The position numbers and the translations under genes were made by a program. This document shows positions 40,785 through 52,523 of a stretch of DNA of 64,000 bases, piece by piece. The notes beneath the pieces are model-generated. The model was given only the letters and a program-made list of their open reading frames with translations, had not been told where the DNA came from and made no database searches. The stretch covers positions 125,131 through 189,130 of the forward strand of contig CAVUVU010000004.1 in assembly GCA_963745015.1 (NCBI GenBank), written 5' to 3'. The stretch is from an uncultured Candidatus Rokubacteria bacterium. GTDB taxonomy: Bacteria > Methylomirabilota > Methylomirabilia > Rokubacteriales > DASRDR01. The first letter of the stretch is position 1, and every line of letters begins with the position of its first letter.

Positions 40785-41559
40785 TCAGTCGAGCGCGGCG
40801 AGCGTCGCGAGGCGCCCCGCGAGGCCCTCCTTCCGGTACGAGAAGAAGAGGTCCCGCCGGCAGCCGGTGCAGAGGCGCGGGCTCGAGATCGCGCCCGGCG
40901 GCACGCCGGCCGCCGCGAGCTGATCGGCGTTGGCCGCCCAGAGGTCCAGCCACCAGCGCTCCCCGCGATCCGTCGATCCCGGGGCCGGGCGCGCCCAGCG
41001 CTCCCATGCCGACGGGAACGCCGCCCGCAGGGGCCCGACCACGGGCTCGTCGACCTCGTAGCAGCAGGGCCCGATGGACGGTCCGATGGCGGCCCGCATC
41101 CGGTCCGCCCGGGCCCCCGCCCGCTCGACGAGCGCCGCGACGAGCCGGCCCGCGATCCCCTGCACGGTGCCGCGCCAGCCGGCGTGCGCCATCCCGAGAG
41201 CCGGCCGCTCCGGGTCGACGACGATCAGCGGCACGCAGTCGGCCGTGAAGATCGCCAGCGGGCGGCGCCCGCCGGCGCGTGAACAGGGCGTCCCCGGTGC
41301 CGACCAGGCCGCCCGCGTCCGTCTCGTCCGCGTCGAGGCAGACGTCACCGTGGACCTGCCGCGCGTACCGGACGCTCTCCGGCTCGAGGCCCAGCGCGGC
41401 GAGAGCGGGCCACCGCCGCCCGCTCCCGAACGGGCCGGCCGGCGCCGAGACGGCGTCGAAGCTCCCCTGGTGGCGCGTCGTGAAGGCGTGCCGCAGGCCG
41501 GCCTCGGCGAGCGCCGGCAGCGCCGCGTGCGTGGGCGGCTCCCCGTGCCAGCTGATCAT
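40785..41559 (-). CDS. pgeF: Peptidoglycan editing factor / laccase-domain protein (YfiH/YlmD, DUF152), apparent frameshift near 41270
   Basis: Conserved Cys/His region (TADCVPLIV; HAGWRG; GPCCYEV) in ORF 40785..41348. N-terminus is in the frame of 40102..41715. Lies downstream of ftsZ, the canonical position. Confidence 0.75.
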
Positions 41560-41635
41560 GGGTCGATCCCGGGCATCCGTGCCGCCGCCACTCAGGGCGG
41601 CCGCGGGCGGCGCCGGACCGTCGGCTCGCCGACCG

Positions 41636-42820
41636 TCAGTCGGCCTGCCGCCGGAGGAACGCGGGAATGTCCAGATCGTCCGGCATTCCCTCGAGCCCGT
41701 CCGCGCGGACGCCATCCGCGCGCGGCCGCCGCCACGGCGACGGCCGGTCCCCCCCGCGGTACGCCTTCAGGTCGACGGTCCGCGCGCCCGACGGCGCGCC
41801 AGCGCCCGCGCCCGCCGCCGACGCGACCGGGAGCATGGCGCCACGGGCGTCGTCGAACCCGGTCGCGATGACCGTGACGCGGATCTCGTCCCCCAGCGCC
41901 TCGTCCACCACGGCCCCGACGATGATGTTGGCGTCCCCCTCGGCGGCTTCTGCCACCGTGCTGGCCGCCTCGTTCACCTCGTGGAGCGTGAGGTCCGCGC
42001 CGCCGGTGATGTTGACCAGGACCCCGCGCGCGCCCTGGATGGACGTCTCCTCGAGCAGCGGGCTCGCGATCGCCTTCTGGGCCGCGTCGACGGCGCGATG
42101 CTCGCCACGCCCGATCCCGGTGCCCATGAGCGCCATGCCCATTCCCGACATGATCGTGCGCACGTCGGCGAAGTCGAGGTTGATCAGGCCCGGGATCAGG
42201 ATGAGGTCCGAGATGCCCTGCACCGCCTGCTGGAGCACGGAGTCGGCGACCTTGAACGCCTCCTGCAAGGACGTGCCCTTCTCGACGACCGTGAGGAGCC
42301 GCTGGTTGGGAATCGTGAGCAGCGTGTCGACGATCCCCCGGAGCTCCTGGATGCCGGCCTCCGCCTGGCGCATGCGCCGCGGTCCCTCGAACTGGAACGG
42401 CTTGGTGACGCAGGCGACCGTGAGCGCGCCGAGCTCCTTGGCGATCGCGGCCACCACGGGCGCGGCGCCGGTGCCGGTGCCGCCGCCCATCCCGGCCGTG
42501 ATGAAGACCATGTCGGCGCCGGCCAGCGTCTCGTGGAGAAGCTCCCGGTCCTCGCTCGCGGCGCGACGGCCGACCTCGGGGTCGGAACCGGCGCCGAGCC
42601 CGCCGGTGACCTTGGTGCCGAGCTGGATCTTGATCGCCGCCGGGGACGCGCGGAGCGCCTGGGCGTCGGTATTGGCCACGGCGAACGTCACGCCGGTGAA
42701 GCGCGAGCTGATCATCCGGTTCACGGCGTTCGACCCGCCGCCTCCGAGCCCGACCACCCGGATCTTCGCCGCGAGTTCCCGATCCTCTTCCTCGAGCCGG
42801 AAGATGAGCTCCTCCCGCAT
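41636..42820 (-). CDS. ftsZ: Cell division GTPase FtsZ
   Basis: 394 aa; tubulin signature GGGTGTG; intact. C-terminal conserved peptide ([12 protein letters not shown]). Confidence 0.95.
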   Translation of the reverse strand: MREELIFRLEEEDRELAAKIRVVGLGGGGSNAVNRMISSRFTGVTFAVANTDAQALRASPAAIKIQLGTKVTGGLGAGSDPEVGRRAASEDRELLHETLAGADMVFITAGMGGGTGTGAAPVVAAIAKELGALTVACVTKPFQFEGPRRMRQAEAGIQELRGIVDTLLTIPNQRLLTVVEKGTSLQEAFKVADSVLQQAVQGISDLILIPGLINLDFADVRTIMSGMGMALMGTGIGRGEHRAVDAAQKAIASPLLEETSIQGARGVLVNITGGADLTLHEVNEAASTVAEAAEGDANIIVGAVVDEALGDEIRVTVIATGFDDARGAMLPVASAAGAGAGAPSGARTVDLKAYRGGDRPSPWRRPRADGVRADGLEGMPDDLDIPAFLRRQAD

Positions 42821-42894
42821 CGTCGCCTCTCCCTCTTTCGGCCGCCGTTCCCCGACGGCCGGATCTTGCTTTCGCTTACGCCGTCCCCGTCCCA

Positions 42895-44148
42895 TCAGAA
42901 GATCTCCCGGAGCCACTCGCGCACGCGGCGCGCGGTCCGGCCCACCCCGGGCCAGCCTTCGCCCAGCCCCTGCAGCCGCCCCGCCGCCGCCGCCGCCGGC
43001 GCACCGTCCCGGCGGGCGCCGGTGAGGACCAGGCCGACCGCGGCCGCGAACCCGGGGCTCTCCACCTGCTCGTAGAGCCCGCCGACCCACTTCGGGATGC
43101 CACGCCGGACCGGCAGGTCGAGGATCGTCTCCGCCAGCTCCGGCACGCCTTCCATGATCGTCGCGCCTCCGGTCACCACCGCGCCCGCCGTCGCGGCGTC
43201 GTCGAGACCCGCCTGGCTCACGCCTCGGGCCACGAGCGTCAGGATCTCCTCCACGCGCGCCTGGACGATGCGGGCCAGCGTCTGCCGGGAGAGGACTCTC
43301 GGCTTGCGGCCCCCGATGGAGGGCACCTCCACCGTCTCGTCCTCCAGGACGAGGCTCGCCTGGGCGCATCCGAAGAGCTTCTTCAGGTCCTCGGCCGACG
43401 GCGGCGGGGTCTTGAGCCCCACGGCGATGTCGTTGGTGATGTGGTCGCCGCCGAGCGGGATCACCGCCGTGTGCCACACGGCGCCGTCCCGGAAGAGGGC
43501 GACGTCCGTCGTTCCCCCGCCGATGTCGATCAGGAGGACGCCCAGCTCCCGCTCGTCGGGCGTGAGCACCGACTCGCCCGAGGCGAGCGACTGCAGGACG
43601 ACGTCCTCCACCTTCAGGCCGGCCCGGTTGACGCTCCGCACCACGTTCTGGACCGCGGTGGCGGCCCCGGCGACGAGGTGGACCGAGACGCCCAGCCGGC
43701 TCCCGAGCATCCCGACCGGCTCCCGGATGCCGTCCTGGTCGTCGACGGTGAACCCCTGCGTGAGGGCGTGGAGGATCTCGCGGTCGGGCGGCAGGCTCAC
43801 CGCCCGGGCGGCGTCCACGGCCCGGGCGACGTCGCTGGCGGTGACCTCGCGGGTGCGCCCCTGGATCGCCACGACGCCCTGGCTGTTGACCCCCCGGATG
43901 TGCCCTCCGCCGATCGAGACGTAGACGGCGTCCACCTCGACCCCGGCCGCCTGCTCCGCCTCGGAAACCGCGCGCTTGATGGCCTCGACCGTCGACTCGA
44001 CGTTCGCGACCACGCCCTTGCGGATGCCCTTCGAGGGATGCTGCCCGATGCCGATCACGTCGACACCGGTCGGGGTCACCTCGCCGATGACAGCGCAGAT
44101 CTTGGTCGTCCCCACGTCGAGTCCCGTGATGATGCTCTGTGTCCTAGC
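42895..44148 (-). CDS. ftsA: Cell division protein FtsA
   Basis: Actin-fold ATPase. The conserved N-terminus ([15 protein letters not shown]) lies upstream of the only in-frame GTG (44115); no ATG is in frame after the ftsQ stop, so the start is unresolved. Confidence 0.85.
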   Translation of the reverse strand, partial: ARTQSIITGLDVGTTKICAVIGEVTPTGVDVIGIGQHPSKGIRKGVVANVESTVEAIKRAVSEAEQAAGVEVDAVYVSIGGGHIRGVNSQGVVAIQGRTREVTASDVARAVDAARAVSLPPDREILHALTQGFTVDDQDGIREPVGMLGSRLGVSVHLVAGAATAVQNVVRSVNRAGLKVEDVVLQSLASGESVLTPDERELGVLLIDIGGGTTDVALFRDGAVWHTAVIPLGGDHITNDIAVGLKTPPPSAEDLKKLFGCAQASLVLEDETVEVPSIGGRKPRVLSRQTLARIVQARVEEILTLVARGVSQAGLDDAATAGAVVTGGATIMEGVPELAETILDLPVRRGIPKWVGGLYEQVESPGFAAAVGLVLTGARRDGAPAAAAAGRLQGLGEGWPGVGRTARRVREWLREIF

Positions 44149-44154
44149 GCACCG

Positions 44155-45194
44155 TCAGCGTCGCTCCAGGCCAGCCGCAGCCGGCATCGCGAGAGTGGCG
44201 GGATCCCCGACCGCCCGGCGGCGCGCCGCGGCGGCCGGCGAACGGGCCGGGCCGCCCGGCGGCGCCGGGCTGTGAGGCGTGAGCACGACCTGATCCCGGA
44301 ACCGGAGATCGATGGACACCACGCGCTCCCCGCGGGCGTCGAGCTCGCCGAGGACCCCCTCGAGTCGCGCCAGGCGGTCGCTCCAGCCGTCGGTGCCGAG
44401 CCGGACCTCGATCCCGTCGACCAGGTAGAGCACCGGCCCGTGGGCACGGGCGAGGTCGATCTCGGAGACGCGCGCGGCCAGGCGTCCGGACGTTCGCTGC
44501 AGCACGTGCAGCAGCGCCAGCCCCGAGCGCAGGCCCTCGGACGGCGCGGCGGCGCCGGGAGCGGGCGCGCCGATGCCCGTCAGGATCGGCAGGCCGGTGG
44601 CCCCCGGCCGGGCGTCGGTCGTGACCAGGTAGCCCTCGGCATCCACCCAGTGGAGCCCGCCGGCGTTGACGAGCGCGTAGGGCTCGCGCTCCTCCAGGAG
44701 CACGGTCACCCGGCCGGGCAGGTGGCGGACGACGTGGGCGCGGCGCACCCCCGGGAGGCTGGCGACCCGGGCTTCGGTGTCCGCGACGTCGACGGACGAA
44801 GAGGTTCGTCCCGGGCTCGATCGCCGCCGCCGCGCGCACCGTCGCCTCGTCGAGCCGGCGGGCGCCGGCGACCTCGACGGTGCGGGTGGCCAGGAGCGGG
44901 GTCCGCCGCACCCAGTCCCAGGCCACGAAGGCCGCGACGGCGAGCCCCGTCAGGGTCAGGCCGAGAACGAGCCACGCGCAGCAGCGCGCGCAGTACCCGG
45001 TTCCCCAGCCGGGCCCGGTGACGCTGGCGGCCGATGAGGCGCGACCGGGACGCCAGGTCCGAGGGCGGCGCCGGACGGGCCCGCGGCCCCGACAGGGTGC
45101 GGGAGTTGGGAGTGCTGATCGGACGGCCTCCCTCGGACGGAGCTCCGCCGGCGGCCTTCCCGCCGTGGCGGCTCTGGAAGACCTGCGGGTTCAT
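44155..45194 (-). CDS. ftsQ: Cell division protein FtsQ (POTRA), apparent frameshifts; start uncertain
   Basis: C-terminal FtsQ domain is in ORF 44155..44748. TM helix and POTRA N-terminus (LGLTLTGLAVAAFVAWDWVRR...) are in another frame. Confidence 0.6.
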
Positions 45195-45231
45195 GCGGTC
45201 CGGGCGGCTCCGGGGAACGGGCGCGCGCCGC

Positions 45232-46107
45232 TCATTCGCCCAGGATCCTGAGCTCCGACGTCAGCCGGACTCCCGACTGGGTGTGCACGCGATCGAAGGC
45301 GAGCTCCAGGAGGTTCAGGACGTCCTGCGCGCTGGCGCCGCCACGATTGAGGATGAAGTTGGCGTGCTTCGCGGAGATCTCGGCGCCTCCCACGCGCTTG
45401 CCCCGAAGACCCGCCTTCTCGAGCAGCCGGGCGGCATGGTCGTAGTCGGGGTTCTTCCAGACGCACCCGACGGCCGCCAGGGCCAGGGGCTGCGTGGACT
45501 TCTTCTGCTTCAGACGGCCGCGGATCTCGGCCATGATCTCCTTCTGCGGCTTCCGGTGGAGCTGGATCCGGACGCCCAGGAGGATCGCCCCGGTCGGGAG
45601 CGCGAAGGCGCGGTAGGTGAACCCCGGCGCGGGCTTGAGCTCGCCGATGGTCCCGTCCGGGTGCAGGAAGTACACCGCCGACACGAAGTCCCAGATGGCG
45701 CCGTCGTGCGTGCCGGCGTTCATGGCGAGCGCCCCTCCGACCGTCGCCGGAATGCCCACCAGGCACTCGATCCCGCCCAGGCCGATGGCGGCGGCTTCCC
45801 GGATCATCGTCGACAGGCCCGCGCCGCAGCCGATGGTGACCTCTTCGCCGTGGAACTCCATCCGGCCGAGGCAGCCCTCGATCTTCAGCACGATGCCCCG
45901 GAAGCCCCGGTCCCGCACCAGGGTGTTGTGCCCGCTCCCCAGGAGGGCGACGGGCAGCTTCTCCTTGTCCGCGAACATCAGCGTCTTCCGGACGTCGTCG
46001 ACGTCCTGCGGAATGATGAAGATGTCCGCCGGCCCGCCGCAGCGGAGCGACGTGTGGAACGCGAGCGGCTCCTTGAAGCGCACCTCGCCGTGGATCTCAC
46101 CTAGCAT
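45232..46107 (-). CDS. murB: UDP-N-acetylenolpyruvoylglucosamine reductase
   Basis: 291 aa, intact; FAD-binding and MurB C-terminal domains. Confidence 0.9.
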   Translation of the reverse strand: MLGEIHGEVRFKEPLAFHTSLRCGGPADIFIIPQDVDDVRKTLMFADKEKLPVALLGSGHNTLVRDRGFRGIVLKIEGCLGRMEFHGEEVTIGCGAGLSTMIREAAAIGLGGIECLVGIPATVGGALAMNAGTHDGAIWDFVSAVYFLHPDGTIGELKPAPGFTYRAFALPTGAILLGVRIQLHRKPQKEIMAEIRGRLKQKKSTQPLALAAVGCVWKNPDYDHAARLLEKAGLRGKRVGGAEISAKHANFILNRGGASAQDVLNLLELAFDRVHTQSGVRLTSELRILGE

Positions 46108-47530
46108 GCCGGTCTCCTTCTCCGCCCGGGGCGGGCGAGGCGTCGCGCGTGGCCAAGCGCTCGCGCAGCTGGTCCGCGATCGCGCCCACGTCGCCGGCCC
46201 CGAGGGTCAGGACCAAGTCGCCGGGCCGAACGGCGTGGAGGAGAGCCTCCACCACCTCGGTCCGGTCACCCACGTATCGAACGTCACGGCCGCTGCGCGC
46301 CCCGATCCCCTGGGCCAGGCTCCGGGCGTGGACCCCGGGGATCGGCGGTTCGCCCGCCGGGTAGATGTCGGTCAGGATCAGCACGTCGGCATCGTCGAAC
46401 GCCGCCAGGAACTCGTCGTACAGGTGAAACGTCCGGGTGTAGCGGTGGGGCTGGAACACCACGACGCGCCGGCGCGCGAAGCCCTGGCGGGCCGCGGCCA
46501 GGGTCGCCCGGATCTCCGTCGGGTGGTGCCCGTAGTCGTCCACCAGCAGGACCCCCGCCACCTCGCCCTTCACCTGGAAGCGTCGCTGGACCCCCGTGAA
46601 GGCGGCGAGCGCCCGCTGCACGGCCGCAAAGGGCACCTCGAGGTCCAGGCCGACCGCCGTCGCCGCGAGGGCGTTGGCCACGTTGTGGACCCCCGGCACC
46701 TGCAGGCGGAGCTCGCCGAGCGAGTCCCCCTTGTGGAGCACCTCGAAGCGCGCGGTCAGCTCGCTGAGCCGGACCGAGGCCGCCACGAGGTCGGCGGGCG
46801 CCGTCAGCCCGTAGGTGATCACCCGCTTCTCGACGCGCGGGAGGATCGCCTGGATCTCCGGCTGGTCGGCGCAGAGCACCGCCGCGCCGTAGAACGGCAC
46901 CTTGCTCACGAACGACAGGAACGCCTCGCGGATGGCCGCGAGGTCGCGATAGTAGTCGAGGTGCTCGGCGTCGATCGTCGTGACGACGGCGATCGTCGGC
47001 GTGAGCCGGAGGAACGAGCCGTCGGACTCGTCCGCCTCCGCCACCAGGAACTCGCCCTGGCCGAGCCGCGCGTTCGAGCCGAGGGCGGTGACGCGCCCTC
47101 CCACGACGAGCGTCGGGTCGAATCCCGCCTCGGCCAGGACGGCGCCGACCATGGAGGTCGTCGTGGTCTTCCCGTGCGTCCCGGCGATGGCGATCCCGTG
47201 CTTGACCCGCATGAGCTCGGCGAGCATCTCCGCCCGCGGGATCACCGGGACCCCCCGCTGGCGGGCCGCCTGGAGCTCGGGGTTGTCGCGGGCCACCGCC
47301 GAGGAGTAGACGACCACGTGGGCGCCCTCGATGTGGCCCGCCGCGTGGCCCACGTGGACCTTCGCCCCGAGCCGCTCGAGCCGCTCGACCGCCTCGCTCC
47401 GGCGGGCATCCGAGCCCGTCACCCGGTAGCCGAGCGTCAGGATCACCTCGGCGAGGCCGCTCATGCCCGCGCCGCCGATGCCCACGAAGTGGACCTGCTG
47501 GTACCGCTTGAAGACCCGCGTCCCCGTCAT
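46097..47530 (-). CDS. murC: UDP-N-acetylmuramate--L-alanine ligase
   Basis: 477 aa, intact; Mur-ligase P-loop (GTHGKTTTT). Overlaps murB by 11 nt. Confidence 0.95.
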   Translation of the reverse strand: MTGTRVFKRYQQVHFVGIGGAGMSGLAEVILTLGYRVTGSDARRSEAVERLERLGAKVHVGHAAGHIEGAHVVVYSSAVARDNPELQAARQRGVPVIPRAEMLAELMRVKHGIAIAGTHGKTTTTSMVGAVLAEAGFDPTLVVGGRVTALGSNARLGQGEFLVAEADESDGSFLRLTPTIAVVTTIDAEHLDYYRDLAAIREAFLSFVSKVPFYGAAVLCADQPEIQAILPRVEKRVITYGLTAPADLVAASVRLSELTARFEVLHKGDSLGELRLQVPGVHNVANALAATAVGLDLEVPFAAVQRALAAFTGVQRRFQVKGEVAGVLLVDDYGHHPTEIRATLAAARQGFARRRVVVFQPHRYTRTFHLYDEFLAAFDDADVLILTDIYPAGEPPIPGVHARSLAQGIGARSGRDVRYVGDRTEVVEALLHAVRPGDLVLTLGAGDVGAIADQLRERLATRDASPAPGGEGDRHAR

Positions 47531-47534
47531 CGCC

Positions 47535-48632
47535 TCAGACCTCGGCCCGCTGCGAGACGTTCAGGAGCAGCCCGACCGCGGCCATCGCGACCAGGAGCGA
47601 GGACCCCCCGGAGGACACGAACGGAAGCGGCAGCCCCTTCGTCGGCAGGAGCCCGACGACCACGCCCAGGTTGACCACCGCCTGGGTGACGAGGAGCGCG
47701 GAGACCCCGAAGGCCAGGAGCGAGCCGAACGGGTCGGCGACCCGGAGGCCGATCCGGATGCCGCGCCACAGGAGGAGCCCGAAGAGGGCGACCGTCGCCA
47801 CCGCGCCGACGAACCCGAGCTCCTCGCCGAGGATCGCGAAGATGAAGTCGGTGTGGGGCTCGGGGAGGTAGAAGAGCTTCTGCTTCGACTCCCCGAGTCC
47901 TCGCCCCAGAAACCCGCCGCTGCCGAGCGCGAGATAGGACTGGATGATCTGGAACCCGGCTCCCCGCGGGTCCGCCCAGGGGTCCAGGAACGTGAGGATC
48001 CGCCGGAGGCGGTAGGGCGCCAGCCTGACGGCCAGCACGACGACCGGGATGGCCAGGGCGCCGATCAGACCGAGGTGCTGGAGCCGCGCCCCGGCGACGA
48101 AGATCATGCAGAGGACCACGCCGACGATGGCCACCGCCGAGCCGAGGTCCGGCTGGATGAGGACCAGCCCGGCCATCCCGCCCGTCACGACCAGCGGCGG
48201 GACGACGCCGCGCCACAGGTTCCCGATGACCGCCTGCCGCCGGGCCAGGAAGTCCGCCAGGTAGACGACCAGGACCAGCTTGGCGAGCTCCGTCGGCTGC
48301 ACGGAGACGGGGCCCCATCGAAGCCACCGGTGCGTCCCGTTGATCGACTGCCCGAACGGCGGCACCAGGACCAGGACGAGGAGCACGAAGGCGAGCGCCA
48401 GGAGCGGGCTCACCAGGGGGCGCCACCGGCGATAGTCGACGGCCATCACGCCCCACATGACCGCGAGCCCCAGCACGGCCCAGAAGAGCTGCTTCTTGAG
48501 GAAGAAGTGGGCGTCCCGGAAGCGGTCGGTGGCGAGGATCGCGCTGGCCGAGTAGACCATCACCACGCCGAGCCCGAGGAGGGCCAGGACCACCAGGAAC
48601 AGCCAGTAGTCGGGGCTCATCTTGCGCGGCAT
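47535..48632 (-). CDS. ftsW: SEDS-family peptidoglycan polymerase FtsW
   Basis: 365 aa, intact, 10 TM helices. Its stop lies 4 nt from the murC start, so no murG in between. Confidence 0.9.
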   Translation of the reverse strand: MPRKMSPDYWLFLVVLALLGLGVVMVYSASAILATDRFRDAHFFLKKQLFWAVLGLAVMWGVMAVDYRRWRPLVSPLLALAFVLLVLVLVPPFGQSINGTHRWLRWGPVSVQPTELAKLVLVVYLADFLARRQAVIGNLWRGVVPPLVVTGGMAGLVLIQPDLGSAVAIVGVVLCMIFVAGARLQHLGLIGALAIPVVVLAVRLAPYRLRRILTFLDPWADPRGAGFQIIQSYLALGSGGFLGRGLGESKQKLFYLPEPHTDFIFAILGEELGFVGAVATVALFGLLLWRGIRIGLRVADPFGSLLAFGVSALLVTQAVVNLGVVVGLLPTKGLPLPFVSSGGSSLLVAMAAVGLLLNVSQRAEV

Positions 48633-48635
48633 CGC

Positions 48636-50061
48636 TCAGGGCTCCGGGAGGGCCCGGACCTCCTCCGCGAACACCGCGCCCCGGTGCTCGTAGTCGCGGA
48701 ACATGTCGAACGAGGCGCACGCGGGCGAGAGCAGGACCACGTCGCCCGCCGCCGCGACCGCGGCGGCGCGGCGCACGGCCTCGGCCATGGAGCCCGCGTC
48801 CTCGACGTGGGTCACGCCGCGGAGCGCCGGGCCCAGGGTGGCGCGCCCCTCGCCGATCACGATCGCGGCCTTGACCCGCCCCCGCGCGGCGTCGGCGAGC
48901 GCCTCGAAGCGCTGGGCCTTGTCCCGACCGCCGGCGATCAGCACGATCGGCTCGTCGAAGGCCGCGAGGGCCTTCAGCGTGGCGTCGACGTTCGTGCCCT
49001 TCGAGTCGTTGTAGAAGGCGACCCCGCCGCGGTCGCGGATCCATTCGATCCGGTGCGGCACGGCGCGGAAGGCGCGGACGGCCGCCCCGAGGCGATCCGG
49101 CGCCACGCCGAGGGCGCCGGCGCACGCCGTCGCGGCGAGCACGTTCTCGAGGTTGTGGGCGCCGCGGAGGCGGATGTCGCCGACGGGGCAGACCGGGCGG
49201 TCCTCGCCGCCGAGACGGAGCGTGACCCAGCCGTCGCGGACCCACGCGCCCTCGGCCACCGGCTGCCGGCGGCTGAACCAGAGCGAGCGCGCCCGCACGC
49301 GCGGCGCGAGCGCCGCGGCGCCGGGGTCGTCGGCGTTCAGCACGGCCCAGTCCTCGGGGCCCTGGGCGCGGAAGATCCGCGCCTTCGCCTCGGCGTAGGC
49401 GGCCAGGGTCCCGTGCCGATCCAGATGGTCCGGCGTGACGTTCAGGACCGCCGCCACGCGCGGCCGGAAGGCGTGCGTCGTCTCCAGCTGGAAGCTCGAG
49501 ACCTCGGCGACGACCCACCCGTGCGGCCGGGAAGCGGAGCGCCTCGGCCGCGAGCGGCCGGCCGATGTTCCCGCCGACGAGGACGGGGCGGCCCGACTCC
49601 TCGAGGAGCGCGCCGGTCAGCGCCGTCGTCGTGGTCTTCCCGTTGGTGCCCGTGATCGCCACGAACTCCGCGGTCATCGTCCGGTACGCGAGCTCGACCT
49701 CTCCCAGGACCGGCACACCCCGCGCCCGGGCGCCGGCGAGCGCCGGGTGATCGGCCGGCACCCCGGGGCTCACCACCACCAGGTCCGCCGCCGCGAAGGC
49801 CGCCTCCGGGTGGCCGCCGGCCACGAGCTGCACGCCGTCCGTCGCGAGCGCCCGGGCCTCGGCCGGAAGAGCGTCCGTCCCGCGCGCGTCGGTCCCGGTC
49901 ACGCGGGCCCCGAGGGACAGCAGGAGCCGGCACGCCGCCACCCCGCTGCGCGCCAGGCCCACCACGGTCACGGCCCGGCCGGCGAGCGCCTCCCGCCAGG
50001 GCCGCCCTCTCGCAGCCTGGAGGATCGCCGGGCCGGCGTGCTCGAGTGCCATGGTCGTCAT
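48636..50061 (-). CDS. murD: UDP-N-acetylmuramoylalanine--D-glutamate ligase, apparent frameshift near 49460-49540
   Basis: N-terminus including GTNGKTTTT is in the frame of 47527..52152. C-terminal 273 aa are in ORF 48636..49457. ATG overlaps the mraY TGA. Confidence 0.85.
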
Positions 50062-51140
50062 CGGAGCTTGAGCGTCGTGAGCGCCAGGAGCGCCATCAGC
50101 AGCGCCAGGATCCAGAAACGGATCACGACCTTCGCCTCGGGCCATCCCATCAGCTCGAAGTGGTGGTGGAGCGGCGCCATCCGGAAGATCCGCCGGCCCG
50201 TCAGGCGGAACGACGCCACCTGGAGGATGACCGACACCGCCTCCACGACGAAGAGGCCGCCGATGAACGGCAGGAGCAGCTCCGCCTTCGACAGGACGGC
50301 GAGCGTGCCGATGGCCCCCCCGAGCGCCAGCGACCCCACGTCGCCCATGAACACCTCGGCGGGGTAGCTGTTGAACCACAGGAACCCGACGCCGGCCCCC
50401 ATCATGGCGCCGCAGAACACCGTCAGCTCGCCCGCGCCCCGGACCTTCAGGATGAACAGGTACTCGGACAGTCGCGCGTTGCCGGTCACGTAGGCGATGA
50501 CGCCGAAGGCCACCGCCGCGACGATGACGGGGCCCATCGCGAGCCCGTCGAGCCCGTCGGTCAGGTTCACCGCATTGGACGCGCCGACGATGATCAGGGC
50601 GGCGAAGAGGATGTACCAGGCGCCGAGGTCCGGGATCCACTCCTTGACGAAGGGCACCGACAGCTGCGTCGTGACGCCGTCGGACGGGAACCGGTAGAGA
50701 TACAGCCCGACCGCGAGACCCACCGCGAGCTGGGCGAGGAACTTCTCGCGGATCTTGAGCGGGCGCCCCGTCCTGAGCTTGCGCCAGTCGTCGTAGAAGC
50801 CGATCGCCCCGAGCGCGACCGTCACGAAGAGCAGGACCCACACGTACCGGTTCCCGAGGTTCCCCCAGAGCAGCACGGAGGCGACGAGCGACCCCACGAT
50901 CAGGAGCCCGCCCATCGTGGGCGTCCCGGCCTTGGCCCGGTGGCGCTCCGGCCCGTCGGAGCGGATGGTCTCGCCGATCTGGCGCTCGCGGAGCTTCCGG
51001 ATCATCCACGGCCCGAGACAGAGGGACAGGATGAGCGCCGTCGCGAGGGCCATCGCCGTCCGGAACGTGATGTACCGGAAGACGTTGAACGCGATGTGAT
51101 ACTTGGCGAAGCCCGCGAGGGCGGTCAGCACCGCGACGCC
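50058..51140 (-). CDS. mraY: Phospho-N-acetylmuramoyl-pentapeptide transferase
   Basis: GTG start (VLTALAGFAKYHIAFNVFRY...). Conserved DDxxD context and HHHFE motif; intact. Start overlaps the murF TGA. Confidence 0.9.
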   Translation of the reverse strand, partial: GVAVLTALAGFAKYHIAFNVFRYITFRTAMALATALILSLCLGPWMIRKLRERQIGETIRSDGPERHRAKAGTPTMGGLLIVGSLVASVLLWGNLGNRYVWVLLFVTVALGAIGFYDDWRKLRTGRPLKIREKFLAQLAVGLAVGLYLYRFPSDGVTTQLSVPFVKEWIPDLGAWYILFAALIIVGASNAVNLTDGLDGLAMGPVIVAAVAFGVIAYVTGNARLSEYLFILKVRGAGELTVFCGAMMGAGVGFLWFNSYPAEVFMGDVGSLALGGAIGTLAVLSKAELLLPFIGGLFVVEAVSVILQVASFRLTGRRIFRMAPLHHHFELMGWPEAKVVIRFWILALLMALLALTTLKLR

Positions 51141-52451
51141 TCCGCGCGAGTGCCGAGCCCCGCCAGGAGCGCCTCGACCGCCCGCTCCATCCGCATGCCC
51201 CGCGACCCCTTGACCAGCACGCGGTCCCCGCGTGCCGACCCGGGCGATCACGTGCGCCGCCGCGCCCTCGGGGCTGGCGAAGGTGGCGACGTCGGGGCAG
51301 CCGCCCGCCCGCGCGACCTCCGCCGTCAGGCGCATCGCGGAGCCCACCGCGGCCAGCCCGGCGACGGGGAGCCCGGCCACCCACGCCCCGACCTCGCGGT
51401 GGGCCGCCTCGGTCTGCGTCCCGAGCTCCAGCATGTCGCCGAGGATCAGCCAGCGGCGGCCGCCGCCCGGCGCCTCCCGGAGCGCGTCGAGCGCCGCGCG
51501 AACGGAGACGGGGTTGGCGTTGTAGGTGTCGTCGAGGATCCGGACGCCGCCGGCCTCGCGCCAGACCAGCCGCCCCTTGACGGGCACCGCCAGGGCGAGG
51601 GCCGCCGCCGCCTCGTCGAGCGGCACGCCCAGCGCCAGCCCCACCGCGGCGGCGGCGGCCGCGTGCCAGGCGTTGTGCCGGCCGGCCAGCGGAAGCCGGA
51701 CATCGGCCGTCGCGGGGCCGGCGGCCAGCCGGAACCCGAGCCCGCCCTCGACCAGGGCGACGTCGCCGAGCCGGACGTCGGCCCGGTCGGCCTGGCCGTA
51801 CGTCATCACCGGACCGCGGGCCCGGGCGGCGAGGGCGAGCACCAGGGGATCGTCCGCGTTCAGCACGACGACGCCGTCGGGCGGAATCGCCTCGACGAGC
51901 TCTCCCTTGGCCTTCTGCACCCCCTCGACCGATCCGACACCCTCCAGGTGGGCCGGCGCGATCGTCGTCACCACCCCGATCGTCGGCTGGCAGAGCTGGG
52001 CGAGCGCGGCGATCTCGCCGAAGGCGTTCATGCCGAGCTCGAGCACCGCCGCCTCGTGCTCCGGCTCGAGCGCGAGGAGCGTCAGCGGCACGCCCCACTG
52101 GTTGTTGTAGCTCCCCGGCGGGCTTGAGCACGCGCCGGCGGGCGGACAGCACCGTGGCGACCAGCTCCTTCGTCGTGGTCTTCCCGTTGGAGCCAGTGAT
52201 CCCGACGACCGGGAATCGCGAAGCGCCGGCGATGCGCGGCGCCCAGCCGCTGGAGCGCCGCCGTCGTGTCGTCGACCAGGACGACCGGGAAGTCCGCCTC
52301 CGCCCCGAGCCCCGGCGGGATGCGCGTGGTCACCGCGCAGCGCGGCCCCCCGCATCCGGGCGTGGGCGACGAAGGCGTGCCCGTCCTGGGTCGCGCCGCG
52401 GATCGCGAAGAACGCGTCGCCGGGGCGGCAGGTGCGGCTGTCGATCGACAC
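51134..52451 (-). CDS. murF: UDP-MurNAc-tripeptide--D-Ala-D-Ala ligase, apparent frameshifts; N-terminal boundary unresolved (may extend to ~52520)
   Basis: N-terminus (GVSIDSRTCRPGDAFFAIRG) and core (MNAFGEIAALAQL) are in the frame of ORF 50058..52451. Genuine C-terminus (VKGSRGMRMERAVEALLAG...*) is in the +1 frame. Confidence 0.8.
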
Positions 52452-52523
52452 GCCGGTGACGAGCGTCTCCAGGCGTCCCCCGACGAGCGCGCCCTGGGTG
52501 CCGCGGACCAGCTCGGCGAGACG

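Noticed and set aside
47527-52152. 1541-aa ORF on the minus strand spanning murD-murF
   Set aside because: Run-on reading frame typical of very high-GC DNA. Arg/Gly/Pro/Ala-rich low-complexity translation; real genes (ftsW, murD, mraY, murF) are recognisable in the other frames of the same strand. Only its short segment containing the murD N-terminus is genuine.
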